Assembly: GCA_963695545.1 (NCBI GenBank)
Contig: OY968796.1
Location: 64,001-128,000 of the forward strand
Direction: 5' to 3'
Length of the DNA stretch: 64,000 nt
Source of the DNA: Terriglobia bacterium
Lineage (GTDB): Bacteria; Acidobacteriota; Terriglobia; Acidiferrales; UBA7541
Both the position numbers and the translations under genes were made by a program. Positions 30,201-39,673 of the stretch are shown here, in pieces. How positions within the stretch are numbered: position 1 is the stretch's first letter; each line of letters opens with the position of its first letter. The notes below the pieces were generated by a model that was not told the DNA's origin, did not search any database, and was given only the letters and a program-made list of their open reading frames with translations.

Positions 30201-33200
30201 TCCCTTCCTTATTCTTTGGGCCGCGGCGCCCGCCGTGGCGCGCTGGATCAGTTTGCCGCCGGAGTTGTCGGGCGCAAGCCGTCTCTCTCCGCGCGAGGCA
30301 CTCAGATTGCGCTCAATTTCGCGGCGCACCTGGCGTTTCTTTGAAGCCTTCGTCACGCCGGCCGAGCATTCGCTTCCTCCCGACAATTTTCAAGAAACGC
30401 CCCGGCCCGTCCTCGCTCACCGGACTTCGCCCACCAACATCGGCCTCTATTTGCTTTCCACCCTCGCCGCCGGCGATTTCGGATGGATCGGCACGCTCCA
30501 CGCCGTCGAACGTCTGGAAGCCACGCTCGAAACCATGGGCCAGATGGAATTGTGCCGCGGCCATTTTTACAACTGGTACGACACAACCGATATTCGTCCG
30601 CTCGAGCCGCGCTACGTCTCCACAGTCGACAGCGGAAATCTCGCCGGGCATCTGCTCACTCTCGCTAACGCCTCGCGCGAGCTTATCGACAAATCGACGC
30701 TCGGTCCTCAAGTCCTCGCCGGGATGGAAGATGCCATCCGATTGTTGCGCGACGGACTTGACGCCATGGCGGACGCGCCGCGCACGCACCTCGTAACCCG
30801 AAAGCATCTCGCGAATGCCATCGATATTTTGGCCGCGTCGCTCGACACCGTTCCATTCGATGCCGTCGATTGGGCCATGCGCCTGTCGGAATGGAGAGCC
30901 CAGGCGCGCACCGTGGCGGATATCGCCCAGGCCCTGGTTCAGGAACTCGGAAATGTCGCCGAATCCGAGCTGGGCGTCTGGTCGGCCGCGTTGAGCGATG
31001 CGGTGGAAAGTCACGCGCGCGACGCGCAAATCCTGATTCCTTTCGCTCGCTTGGATTCAAAACAGATCGCGCGCATTGCGCAGCTTCGCCGCGAACAATC
31101 GCCCGAGTGGCTCGCGATCGAGCCGTTCCTCCAATCCGTTCCCAAGCTCGCCGACGCTCCGGATCGCTTTGACGGCGCTCTCACTGAACTCGCGTCGCTA
31201 CGCAATCGTCTGCTGAGCGTTTCAACAGAAGATGCCGACGCACTCGCGCGCATCGATGCGCTTTCGGAAGCCCTCCTGCAATCGGCGGCCGATGCCGCTT
31301 CCCTCATTCGGCGGCTTTCGACGATCGCGCAGACGGCCGACCGTATCTTCCAATCCACGGAGTTCGGATTTCTGTTCGACGAAGCGCGCAAGCTTTTCTC
31401 GATCGGCTATCGCCTCACCGACGGAACTCTCGATCCCAACTGCTATGACTTGCTCGCATCCGAAGCGCGTCTCGCGAGTTTCATCGCCATCGCCAAGGGA
31501 GAAGTTCCCGCGTCGCACTGGTTTCGCCTGGGTCGCGCGCTCACGCCGGTGGGTCGCGGCTCCGCGCTGATTTCCTGGTCGGGCTCGATGTTTGAATATT
31601 TGATGCCCGCGCTGGTGATGACTTCTCCGGCCGGCAGTCTGTTGACGCAAACATACGAATTGGTCGTGCGCCGCCAAATCGAGTATGGCGCCGAGCGCCG
31701 CGTCCCGTGGGGCGTGTCGGAATCGGCCTACAACGCGCGAGACCTCGATCTGACTTATCAATACTCGACCTTCGGCGTGCCTGGCCTCGGCCTCAAGCGC
31801 GGCCTCAGCGAGGATCTGGTCATCGCGCCGTATGCCACCGCTCTTGCGGCCATGATCGATCCCGTTGCCGCCACGCACAATTTCGCGCGTCTTGAAAAAG
31901 CCGGCGGGCGCGGCGCCTACGGATTTTACGAAGCCATCGATTACACGCGTTCGCGCGTGCCCGAGGACAAAGAAGACGCCGTGGTCTACGCGTACATGGC
32001 GCATCACCAGGGAATGTCTCTGGTGGCGCTGGCCGATGTGCTGAACGACGGCGCCATGCGCAGCCGTTTTCACGCCGCGCCCATGGTGCAGGCCACGGAA
32101 TTACTCCTCCAAGAGCGCACGCCGCGCGACGTTCCCGTGGCCCGGCCGCGCGCTGAGGAAGTTTCCGCCGCGGCGCAAGTCCGCGAACTTCAGCCGCCGG
32201 TGGTGCGGCGATTCTCAAGTGCGCACAGTCCGACGCCGCGCACGCACCTGCTCTCAAACGGTCGATACGCCGTCATGCTCACCTCTGCGGGCTCGGGCTA
32301 TAGCCGCTGGCGCGACCTGGCCATAACGCGCTGGCGCGAGGACGTGACGCGCGATTGCTGGGGCAGCTACATTTATCTTCGCGACGCGCAATCCGGCGAA
32401 GTGTGGTCTGCGGGCTATCAGCCCAGCGGCGTCGAACCTGACGCGTACGAAGTTTCTTTTTACGAAGACCGCGCCGAATTCATCCGGCGCGACCACGCGC
32501 TGACCACCGTGCTTGAGGTCGTGGTCTCGCCCGAAGACGATGCCGAGAGCCGGCGCGTTTCCATCACCAACCTCGGCACGCGCGCGCGCACCATCCAAAT
32601 CACCTCTTACGCGGAGATTTGCCTCGCGGCGCAGGCCGCCGACGTGGCACATCCCGCGTTCTCCAACCTTTTTGTCGAGACCGAGTTTTTCGCCGACATT
32701 GGCACGCTGCTGGCCACGCGGCGAAGACAATCCGCCAAGGAGAGCCCTGTTTGGGCCGCGCAGGTGGTTGTCGCGGAAAGCGAAGCTGTCGGCGATGTGC
32801 AGTATGAATCGGATCGCGCGCGCTTTTTGGGCCGCGGCCGCGATCTCCTCAATCCTGTTTCGATTCTCGATGGCCGGCCGCTCTCGAATACCGCCGGCCC
32901 GGTGCTCGATCCCATTTTCAGTCTGCGCCGCACCGTGCGCATTCCTCCCGGAGCCACTGTGCGCGTCACGTTCTCGACCATCGTCGCGGAAACCCGCGAG
33001 CAGGTCCTTGATCTCGCCGATAAGTATCGCAGCGCATCCACATTTGAGCGCACGCTCGAGCTCGCCTGGACGCAGGCGCAAGTGCAGCTTCGTCATCTGG
33101 GTATCGACCTCGACGAGGCCCACGTGTTTCAGCGCCTCGCGAACTTCATGCTCTACGCGGACGATTCGCTGCGGCCCTCTTCCGAAGTGCTCAGCAGCAC

Positions 33201-36078
33201 AACCCTGGAAAGATCCGCGCTGTGGGCTCACGGAATTTCCGGCGATTTGCCCATCGTACTGGTGCGCATCGACGAAGCCGAAGATATCGAAATCGTGCGC
33301 CAGTTGCTGCGCGCTCACGAATACTGGCGCACCAAGCAACTCTTCGCCGATTTGGTTATTCTCAACGAAAAGTCCGCGTCGTATGCGCAGGAACTCGAGA
33401 CCACTCTCGACGGGCTCGTGCGCGGCAGCCGCATGCGCCTGAATCTCAGCCCGGACGACGCGCACGGTGGGATCTTCCTGCTGCGCGCGGACCTGATCTC
33501 TCCTCGCGAACGCGCGCTGCTTCAATCCGTGGCGCGCGCCGTGCTTCTCAGCCGGCGCGGCACATTGTCGGAACAAGTCGCCAGGTCGCAGCGCGCCGAA
33601 GGCGCAGCGCCTCCGCCGCCGCGGCCCGTGCGCACGGCCAAGCGCTTGGACGTGGCGCTTCCGCAGCACGCTCTGGAATTCTTCAATGGTCTCGGCGGCT
33701 TTGCCGACGAAGGCCGCGAGTACGTAACCGTGCTCGGCGAAGGTCTGCGCACGCCCGCGCCCTGGATCAACGTGATTGCAAATCCCTCGTTTGGCTTTTT
33801 GGTGTCGGAATCCGGCTCCGGCCACACCTGGTCTCTCAACAGCAGCGAAAACCGGCTCACACCTTGGTCGAACGATCCCGTCAGCGATCCGCCGGGAGAA
33901 TCCATTTACATTCGAGACGAAGTCACCGGCGAAGTTTGGAGCCCGACGGCGCTGCCGATTCGCGACGAACTCGCGCCATACATCGCGCGACATGGCCAGG
34001 GCTACAGCCGATTCCAGCACGGCTCGCGCGGCATCCTGCTGGATCTGGTGCAATTCGTGCCGCAGGAAGATCCGGTGAAAATCTCGCGTCTGGTTCTCGA
34101 AAACGATTCCGGCCGCGCGCGGCGTCTTTCCGTTACCGCCTACGTGGAATGGGTGCTGGGCACTTCGCGCGGCGCCGCGGCGCCTTACATCGTTACCGAG
34201 CTCGACGCACAGTCGCGCGCGATGTTTGCGCAAAGCGAATGGGGCGGAGAATTCGGCGGAAGAATTGCGTTTGCGGATCTGGCCGGCAAACAAACTTCGT
34301 ACACGGGCGATCGCACGGAATTCCTCGGCCGCAACGGAAGTTCCGCGCGTCCCGCGGCGCTGGAACGCGGCGGCGCGCTTTCGCGGAAGGTGGGAGCGGG
34401 TCTCGATCCGTGCGCGGCGCTGCAAACTTCGATCGACTTGCGCCCCGGCGCGCGGGTGGAGATCGTGTTTTTTCTCGGACAAGCGGAAAACCGAGAGCAA
34501 GCGCGCGCGTTGCTCGCAAAATACCGTGCGGCGGATTTGGACGCGATTTTCGCGGGCGTGACGCGCCGTTGGGACGACGTGCTCAACACCGTGCACGTGA
34601 CCACTCCCGATCCCGCGATGAATCTGATTCTGAATCGCTGGCTGCTCTATCAAACGCTGTCGTGCAGAATTTGGGCGCGAGCGGCGTTCTATCAATTGAG
34701 CGGCGCGTACGGTTTCCGCGATCAGTTGCAGGACGTGATGGCGCTGTGCGTCTCGGACCGCGCGGTCGCGCGCAAGCATCTGCTGCGCGCAGCCGGGCGG
34801 CAGTTCATCGAAGGCGACGTGCAGCATTGGTGGCATCCGCCCTCCGGACGCGGCACGCGCACGCGCATTTCCGACGATCTCTTGTGGCTGCCGTACGCCG
34901 TCGTGCGTTTTCTCGAAGCCACCGGCGACCTGACCGTTCTGGACGAAACAGTTCCCTTCCTCGAAGGCGAAGTCCTCGCGCCGAGACAAACGGAATCTTA
35001 TTTCGAGCCGCGCATTTCCGAAATTTCCGCGACGCTGTTTGAGCATTGCGCGCGCACGATCGACCGAAGTCTCGCGGTGGGAAGTCACGGCCTGCCGCTG
35101 ATCGGCACCGGCGATTGGAACGATGGATTCAATCGCGTCGGCGAATTGGGCAAGGGAGAAAGCGTTTGGCTCGGCTGGTTCTTGCACACGATCCTCTGGG
35201 AATTCTCCAAGGTTGCGGATGCGCGCGGCGAGCGCGATCGCGCCGAAGCCTGGCGCTTGCACGTGAGCGCGCTCAAAGCGGCGCTGGAGCGCGAAGCCTG
35301 GGACGGCGGATGGTATCGCCGCGCGTATTTCGACGACGGTACGCCGCTCGGCTCGGTCGAGAATTCGGAATGCCGTATCGATTCCATCGCGCAATCCTGG
35401 GGCGTGATGAGCGGCGCGGCCGAACCCGGCCGGATCGCGCGCGCCATGTCCGCCGTCGATCAACAATTGGTGCGCCGGCCCGAGGGCTTGGTGCTGCTCT
35501 TCACGCCGCCGTTCGATCATTCGTCACCCGATCCCGGTTACATCAAAGCGTACCTGCCGGGCATTCGCGAAAACGGCGGGCAGTACACACACGCGGCGGC
35601 GTGGACTACGATTGGTTTCGCGGAACTCAGCGACGGCGACAAGGCCGTGGAATTATTCCGCATGCTGAATCCGATCACGCGCAGCGACTCGCGCTCGAGC
35701 GTGCAACGCTACAAAGTAGAGCCGTATGTTTTGGCCAGCGACGTTTACTCCGAGCCTCCTCACGTGGGGCGCGGCGGGTGGACGTGGTACACAGGTTCAT
35801 CGGGATGGCTGTATCGCGCGGGCATCGAATGGATTCTGGGATTTCGCGTGCACGGGATGATGCTTTCGATCGATCCGTGCATTCCGCGGAACTGGCCGGG
35901 CTATACGATCGATTTCAAATATCACTCGGCGACGTATCGAATCAAAGTTGAAAACCCTTCCAGCGTCACGCGCGGCGTGGCGCTGGCCGAACTTGACGGA
36001 AAGCTGCTGCATGGTCCGGCCACGATTCCGCTGGTTGACGACGCTGCGGTGCATCAACTTCACATCGTGCTCGGCTGA
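27244..36078 (+). CDS. cgs: Cyclic beta-1,2-glucan synthase (Cgs/NdvB/ChvB-like) with C-terminal GH94 phosphorylase domain
   Basis: 2944 aa; EWLVDN, GWERKRGK, SHDLFEG, RWARGDWQ, PPDNFQ, YDLLASE, WGVSES, GFRDQLQD, GDWNDG, RENGGQYTH, WYTGS. Start could be 27271. Confidence 0.92.
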   Translation: MRPAIPAPRMNRTSPASIILPETEEPIRAELFSLERLEQHAESLAAAQILTSDSRSGRPLIPRVIENGRVLLASYRAIAGVVQSEQTITPAAEWLVDNFHIVDEQLREIQEDLPVGYYRKLPKLAAGHLEGYPRVYGVAWAFVAHTDSRFDPELLRRFVAAYQRVQPLTIGELWAMAITLRVVLVENLRRIAERLVRSRAARAEADDLADRLLNSDQPSAILPALKKFEKAPLERAFAVQLIQRLRDLDPNVRPVLEWLDQRLSATGTSADEIVRAELQEQGAMSISVRNIITSMRSISAFDWQIFFESVSLVDEILRDGSHFADMDFSTRDDYRHAIEDLSRGSRHSEMEVAKRVVRRAKQNIPDSREPPHNGDQPAEDRRSEPGYYLISRGRPAFERELGFRTGLKHWLLRTYVRAAVPGYLGTIAVVTAMILALPLLHSREEGMHAKGLLLLALLAAVPASDLAIALINRAVMGLLGPRRLPRLELKNGIPAELRTIVVMPTLLTTPAEVSEQVEHLEVHYLGNPDGDLHFALLSDWADAPAESMPGDDDLLAAAVDGIARLNKRYGPAPDGGNRFFVFHRKRVWNPSEGNWIGWERKRGKLHELNQLLRGAQATTFTPVGGRALAPPAGVRYVITLDADTRMPRRTAIRLVGTMAHPLNRPRFSAADGRVVEGYAIVQPRITSSLPIDREGSLTQKIFSGPSGIDPYSAAVSDVYQDLFQEGSYTGKGIYEIDAFEAAMAGKPPENALLSHDLFEGIFARVALATDIELFEEFPSRYGAVAARQHRWARGDWQLLPWIFGRPRSLTNKRDRVRIPAIGRWKMLDNLRRTLSAPAAFLTLLAGWLLPPSSPWLWTRFVLTTIAIPSLLPFILGLQSRRKGISKRSHFRSVLSDLELGASQFGLSVTFLAYQAWLMSDAIVRTFVRLFITHKNMLEWITAAQSKLMADSKLAVTFRRMAPGVLLSLGAAVAVVFGRHQARAAAAPFLILWAAAPAVARWISLPPELSGASRLSPREALRLRSISRRTWRFFEAFVTPAEHSLPPDNFQETPRPVLAHRTSPTNIGLYLLSTLAAGDFGWIGTLHAVERLEATLETMGQMELCRGHFYNWYDTTDIRPLEPRYVSTVDSGNLAGHLLTLANASRELIDKSTLGPQVLAGMEDAIRLLRDGLDAMADAPRTHLVTRKHLANAIDILAASLDTVPFDAVDWAMRLSEWRAQARTVADIAQALVQELGNVAESELGVWSAALSDAVESHARDAQILIPFARLDSKQIARIAQLRREQSPEWLAIEPFLQSVPKLADAPDRFDGALTELASLRNRLLSVSTEDADALARIDALSEALLQSAADAASLIRRLSTIAQTADRIFQSTEFGFLFDEARKLFSIGYRLTDGTLDPNCYDLLASEARLASFIAIAKGEVPASHWFRLGRALTPVGRGSALISWSGSMFEYLMPALVMTSPAGSLLTQTYELVVRRQIEYGAERRVPWGVSESAYNARDLDLTYQYSTFGVPGLGLKRGLSEDLVIAPYATALAAMIDPVAATHNFARLEKAGGRGAYGFYEAIDYTRSRVPEDKEDAVVYAYMAHHQGMSLVALADVLNDGAMRSRFHAAPMVQATELLLQERTPRDVPVARPRAEEVSAAAQVRELQPPVVRRFSSAHSPTPRTHLLSNGRYAVMLTSAGSGYSRWRDLAITRWREDVTRDCWGSYIYLRDAQSGEVWSAGYQPSGVEPDAYEVSFYEDRAEFIRRDHALTTVLEVVVSPEDDAESRRVSITNLGTRARTIQITSYAEICLAAQAADVAHPAFSNLFVETEFFADIGTLLATRRRQSAKESPVWAAQVVVAESEAVGDVQYESDRARFLGRGRDLLNPVSILDGRPLSNTAGPVLDPIFSLRRTVRIPPGATVRVTFSTIVAETREQVLDLADKYRSASTFERTLELAWTQAQVQLRHLGIDLDEAHVFQRLANFMLYADDSLRPSSEVLSSTTLERSALWAHGISGDLPIVLVRIDEAEDIEIVRQLLRAHEYWRTKQLFADLVILNEKSASYAQELETTLDGLVRGSRMRLNLSPDDAHGGIFLLRADLISPRERALLQSVARAVLLSRRGTLSEQVARSQRAEGAAPPPPRPVRTAKRLDVALPQHALEFFNGLGGFADEGREYVTVLGEGLRTPAPWINVIANPSFGFLVSESGSGHTWSLNSSENRLTPWSNDPVSDPPGESIYIRDEVTGEVWSPTALPIRDELAPYIARHGQGYSRFQHGSRGILLDLVQFVPQEDPVKISRLVLENDSGRARRLSVTAYVEWVLGTSRGAAAPYIVTELDAQSRAMFAQSEWGGEFGGRIAFADLAGKQTSYTGDRTEFLGRNGSSARPAALERGGALSRKVGAGLDPCAALQTSIDLRPGARVEIVFFLGQAENREQARALLAKYRAADLDAIFAGVTRRWDDVLNTVHVTTPDPAMNLILNRWLLYQTLSCRIWARAAFYQLSGAYGFRDQLQDVMALCVSDRAVARKHLLRAAGRQFIEGDVQHWWHPPSGRGTRTRISDDLLWLPYAVVRFLEATGDLTVLDETVPFLEGEVLAPRQTESYFEPRISEISATLFEHCARTIDRSLAVGSHGLPLIGTGDWNDGFNRVGELGKGESVWLGWFLHTILWEFSKVADARGERDRAEAWRLHVSALKAALEREAWDGGWYRRAYFDDGTPLGSVENSECRIDSIAQSWGVMSGAAEPGRIARAMSAVDQQLVRRPEGLVLLFTPPFDHSSPDPGYIKAYLPGIRENGGQYTHAAAWTTIGFAELSDGDKAVELFRMLNPITRSDSRSSVQRYKVEPYVLASDVYSEPPHVGRGGWTWYTGSSGWLYRAGIEWILGFRVHGMMLSIDPCIPRNWPGYTIDFKYHSATYRIKVENPSSVTRGVALAELDGKLLHGPATIPLVDDAAVHQLHIVLG

Positions 36079-36117
36079 ACGCCCCACAACCAAAAACGTC
36101 TCCAAAAAACGTTCCGA

Positions 36118-37017
36118 TCAGCGGCGCTTATCTGAATCGAGGAACGTTCCCTGCTGCAGCTCGCTGAACGCGGCGCGGAGCTGCTCCTGCGTGTTCATCA
36201 CGATGGGGCCGTACCAAGCGACGGGCTCTTCGAGCGGCTTTCCGGAAACGAGCAGGAAACGGATGCCATCGTTGCCGGCTTGCACCACGACTTCATCGCC
36301 GCGATCGAAGAGCACAAGCGAGCGATCCTCGGCGTCTTTCGGCGGAGCGGTGTCCAGCCAGCCGACGGATTCCGTGGGCACGGCGAGCGGGCCGGATGCG
36401 TTGCAGAATTTTCCATCGCCCGAAAAAATATAAGCAAAGGCCTGGCGCATGGTCTCGACCGGAAGAGTTTTTCGTCTGCCGGGCGGCACAGAGACGTCGA
36501 TGTAAATCGGATCGGCGGCAATGCCTTCGACGGGGCCGCGTTTCCCCCAGAATTCGCCGCAGACGATCCGCACGCGCGTGCCGTCGTCGTCAATGATTTC
36601 CGGAATTTCCGGGGCTGTCACTTCCTGATAGCGCGGCGCGGTCATCTTGAGCGAGGCGGGGAGATTGGCCCACAACTGAAAGCCGTGCATGCGGCCATCG
36701 GGACCGCCCTTGGGCATTTCCTGATGGATGATGCCGCGGCCGGCGGTCATCCATTGAATGTCGCCGGCGGCGATGGCGCCGCGATTGCCCATGCTGTCGC
36801 CGTGCTCGACGGTTCCGGCGAGAACATAAGTGATGGTTTCGATGCCGCGATGCGGATGCCAGGGAAAACCGGCGAGATAATCCTCGGGCACATCGTTGCG
36901 GAAATCGTCGAGGAGGAGGAACGGATCGAAATCTTTCGTATTGTCGAATCCGAAGGCGCGGCGGAGATGAACTCCGGCGCCCTCGATGGTCGGCTTCGAT
37001 CTGATGAGCCGCTTCAC
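36118..37017 (-). CDS. Pirin-family bicupin protein; start may be an ACG at 37032
   Basis: DPFLLLD, FPWHPHRGIET, MTAGRGIIHQE, QLWANL, GPIVMNT. Confidence 0.93.
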   Translation of the reverse strand: MKRLIRSKPTIEGAGVHLRRAFGFDNTKDFDPFLLLDDFRNDVPEDYLAGFPWHPHRGIETITYVLAGTVEHGDSMGNRGAIAAGDIQWMTAGRGIIHQEMPKGGPDGRMHGFQLWANLPASLKMTAPRYQEVTAPEIPEIIDDDGTRVRIVCGEFWGKRGPVEGIAADPIYIDVSVPPGRRKTLPVETMRQAFAYIFSGDGKFCNASGPLAVPTESVGWLDTAPPKDAEDRSLVLFDRGDEVVVQAGNDGIRFLLVSGKPLEEPVAWYGPIVMNTQEQLRAAFSELQQGTFLDSDKRR

Positions 37018-37090
37018 TGGTCGAATTGACGTAAACGCCTCCCGTGCTGCAGAAATCGTTCGTTCTGAATCGTGCCGGAACGCGCCGAGA

Positions 37091-38025
37091 TTAGTGCGCG
37101 TTCAAGCTGTGGATTTCGGCGATGTAACCGCCGGGAAATTCCACGATGGCGGAAGTCCGGTCAGACATCTTGTACGCCGGCGAGAGAACCGTTGCGCCGC
37201 TGGCTTTGGCTTTTTCGAGCGTGGCGCTGAGATCCTGCACTTCGTACCCGGTGATTTCACGGCCGAAGGGATATGGCAAGTGCCCATGAGTGACGAACAC
37301 CTGCATGTTGCCGAAGGCTGAGGTGATTCGTATGCGCCGGTAAGTTTCTCCGGGGCGGCCGATTTCGCCGGCGTCGGCGTGGGGATCGTCCGAGATCACT
37401 TTGCCGTGGGAGAAGGCTACGAAATCATTGACGAAAGTGACCGCGTCGTCAGGCGAAACATAGACGCGGTTATCCGGAATCGTGGCGAGAGGCGGAGACG
37501 AGGGGGGGTGAAGTGCGAGTAGAGTTGCATCATCAGGCCGCCGGGCCACTGGATCACGGCGTCGTTTCCGATCGGGTCTTTCCATGGCGCAACGATCACT
37601 TCGGCTCCATCGGCGCGAGCGTCGCGAAGCGCCGTGTCCATGTCCGTGACGAGATATCCGGTGCGTTCCTGTCCGATCGGAAACGGGATCGGAGTTTGGA
37701 ACGCGAAGACGGACAACGCACCGACCGGAGTCGACAAAAATTGCCATTCTTCGCTGCTCGGCACGGGCAAGACATTTACGACGATGCGTTTCGATGCCTG
37801 GCCGCCGAAGGTGGCCGCTATGCTGGCGACGAAGGCGCTAAGGTTGCTGGGCGAGACACAGACGTGCGTGGAATCGTACTGCGGCCCGACGGCGACACCC
37901 GCATCGGGCGCGGACGCGGCGGCCTGACCGCTGGCCGCGATGGCCGCGAACGGAAGAAAGAGGATGGCCGCTAGAATCAGCGGCCATCCTTGTGGCTTCG
38001 AGTTAACGCTGTGTTGCATGAGCAT
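37091..38025 (-). pseudogene. Secreted glyoxalase/VOC-like protein split by a frameshift in a C7 run (G7 at 37502-37508)
   Basis: The N-half (..QYDSTHV..ERTGYLV..QLYSHFTPP) and C-half (PLATIPDNRVYV..GREITGYEV..IAEIH) are in different frames; one extra C joins them. Confidence 0.8.
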
Positions 38026-38063
38026 CTATTTCCTCTACTTCCCCGCCGGGTTCGGCGGAGCGA

Positions 38064-38903
38064 TTACGCCGAGGCGGAACGCTGCGCCTGAATAAAGGCG
38101 AGGAGTTCCGCGTTGATCTGGTCTTTCAAAGTGGAGCACATGCCGTGCGGCGCGCCGGGAATGATTTTCAGGACGGCGCCTTTGATAATTCTGGCCTGCA
38201 GGAGAGACGCATCGGCGTAGGGCACGATCTGATCGTCGTCTCCCTGAAGGATGAGCGTGGGCACGTCGAACTTCTTCAGGTCTTCGTTCTGATCGGTTTC
38301 CGAAAATGCCTTGACGCATTCGTAGACGGCATTGATACCGCACATCATTCCCGCAAGCCAGAACGAATCGCGCAAGCCTTGCGAGACTTTGGAGCCGGGC
38401 CGATTCGCGCCATAGAAGGGCGCGCTCAAGTCCTTCCAGAACTGAGAGCGGTCGGCCTGGATTGCGGAGCGGATTTGATTGAGCGCCTCGATGGGCGTGC
38501 CGCCCGGATTGGAGGGCGACTTGATCATGATGGGAGGAATGGCGCTGATCAACACGGCCTTGGCGACGCGTTTCGTGCCGTGGCGGGCGATGTAGCGAGC
38601 GACTTCACCGCCGCCGGTGGAATGGCCGACGTGAATGGCGTCCTTCAGATCGAGTTTTTGGACGAGCTCGGCGAGATCGTCGGCGTAGGTGTCCAGGTCG
38701 TTGCCGCCCCACGGCTGGCTTGATCGGCCGTGGCCGCGGCGATCGTGCGCGACGCAGCGGTATCCGCGGTTGGCCAGAAACATCATTTGATCCTCGAACG
38801 CGTCCGCGTTGAGCGGCCAGCCGTGACTGAAAACTACGGGTTGTCCTGTGCCCCAATCCTTATAGTAAATCTCGGTGCCGGCTTTGGTGGTGAATGTAGC
38901 CAT
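38064..38903 (-). CDS. Non-heme chloroperoxidase-like alpha/beta hydrolase
   Basis: [35 protein letters not shown]. Confidence 0.93.
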   Translation of the reverse strand: MATFTTKAGTEIYYKDWGTGQPVVFSHGWPLNADAFEDQMMFLANRGYRCVAHDRRGHGRSSQPWGGNDLDTYADDLAELVQKLDLKDAIHVGHSTGGGEVARYIARHGTKRVAKAVLISAIPPIMIKSPSNPGGTPIEALNQIRSAIQADRSQFWKDLSAPFYGANRPGSKVSQGLRDSFWLAGMMCGINAVYECVKAFSETDQNEDLKKFDVPTLILQGDDDQIVPYADASLLQARIIKGAVLKIIPGAPHGMCSTLKDQINAELLAFIQAQRSASA

Positions 38904-39043
38904 GTGATTCCTCCTGGCGCGAAGGGCGCCGGTTCACGCTGACGGATACCACGATTGGTGGATGGGCGCAATTACGCGGCTGTGAATATCAAATGATCGC
39001 CAGCGGCTAGGATTTTTCGGGGTCATACGCTGCTCCAATTGGG

Positions 39044-39197
39044 ACGGGGTATATACACCCCCGTATGTTTTGCGTAAGTATTGCAAACAAAGGGGATGCA
39101 GGGAAAGAGTGCGGATGAGTGTGAAAACAAAGGGATGTAATGTTCTTTGTTTTGAGCGAGTTGCGCACTCTTTTGCGAGAGATTGAAAACAAAGGGG
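39044..39197. repeat. AT-rich element with four AAACAAAG boxes, a 70-bp spaced dyad and a terminal hairpin
   Basis: Boxes near 39085, 39124, 39186 (+) and 39145 (-); AAAGAGTGCG at 39104-39113 mirrored by CGCACTCTTT at 39164-39173; hairpin ACGGGG..CCCCGT at 39044-39064. Confidence 0.8.
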
Positions 39198-39514
39198 CTG
39201 CAGAGCGGGTTTGATGCAGATGAGTGCAGGGTTTGGCGAGGCTGGATATGCCCGGCGGTGCGCGGCGGCCGGGAAAGAAGCGGCGTTTCGAGGAATTGTT
39301 GCGCGTTCATACCGACTTGTAGCACAGGTCTTTTAGATTCGTCAACAGTATTTTGTGAGTATAGTGTTCGAATAGAGTTTTCGAAACCAGATGGAGGGCG
39401 CTCGCCGGCGGCATTCGAAAAGAGTGCGCCGCCCGCACGGGCTTGACAGGGGACGGGACGGCACAGCGCGCAGCTGTCACACCGCGCGTGACTCTGCGCC
39501 ACCAGCGTGATCGA

Positions 39515-39596
39515 AGAGGGATTCTTCGACTGCGGCACGACTCGTCCGCGCAGCGCGGACGAGAAGAAAAAGAGTCGCGCCTCCGCTCAGAATGAC
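39515..39596. repeat. Small palindromic intergenic element (REP/MITE-like)
   Basis: GGATTCTTCG...GACTC GTCCGCG-CAG-CGCGGAC...GAGTC...CGCTCAGAATGAC nested inverted repeats. Confidence 0.5.
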
Positions 39597-39673
39597 CACG
39601 CTCGCTGTGGGGCGCCGCACGACGTGGGCGAACACAGCGTGGGCACGCGACGAAATGAACCGGGCCCAGCCGA

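Noticed and set aside
32254..35520. 1088-aa minus-strand ORF
   Set aside because: Antisense shadow of the well-supported cgs gene; expected with high-GC codon bias and shows no recognisable motifs
39085..39197. AAAACAAAGGG copies considered as a mini-CRISPR
   Set aside because: Repeats are too short, irregularly spaced, and one is inverted
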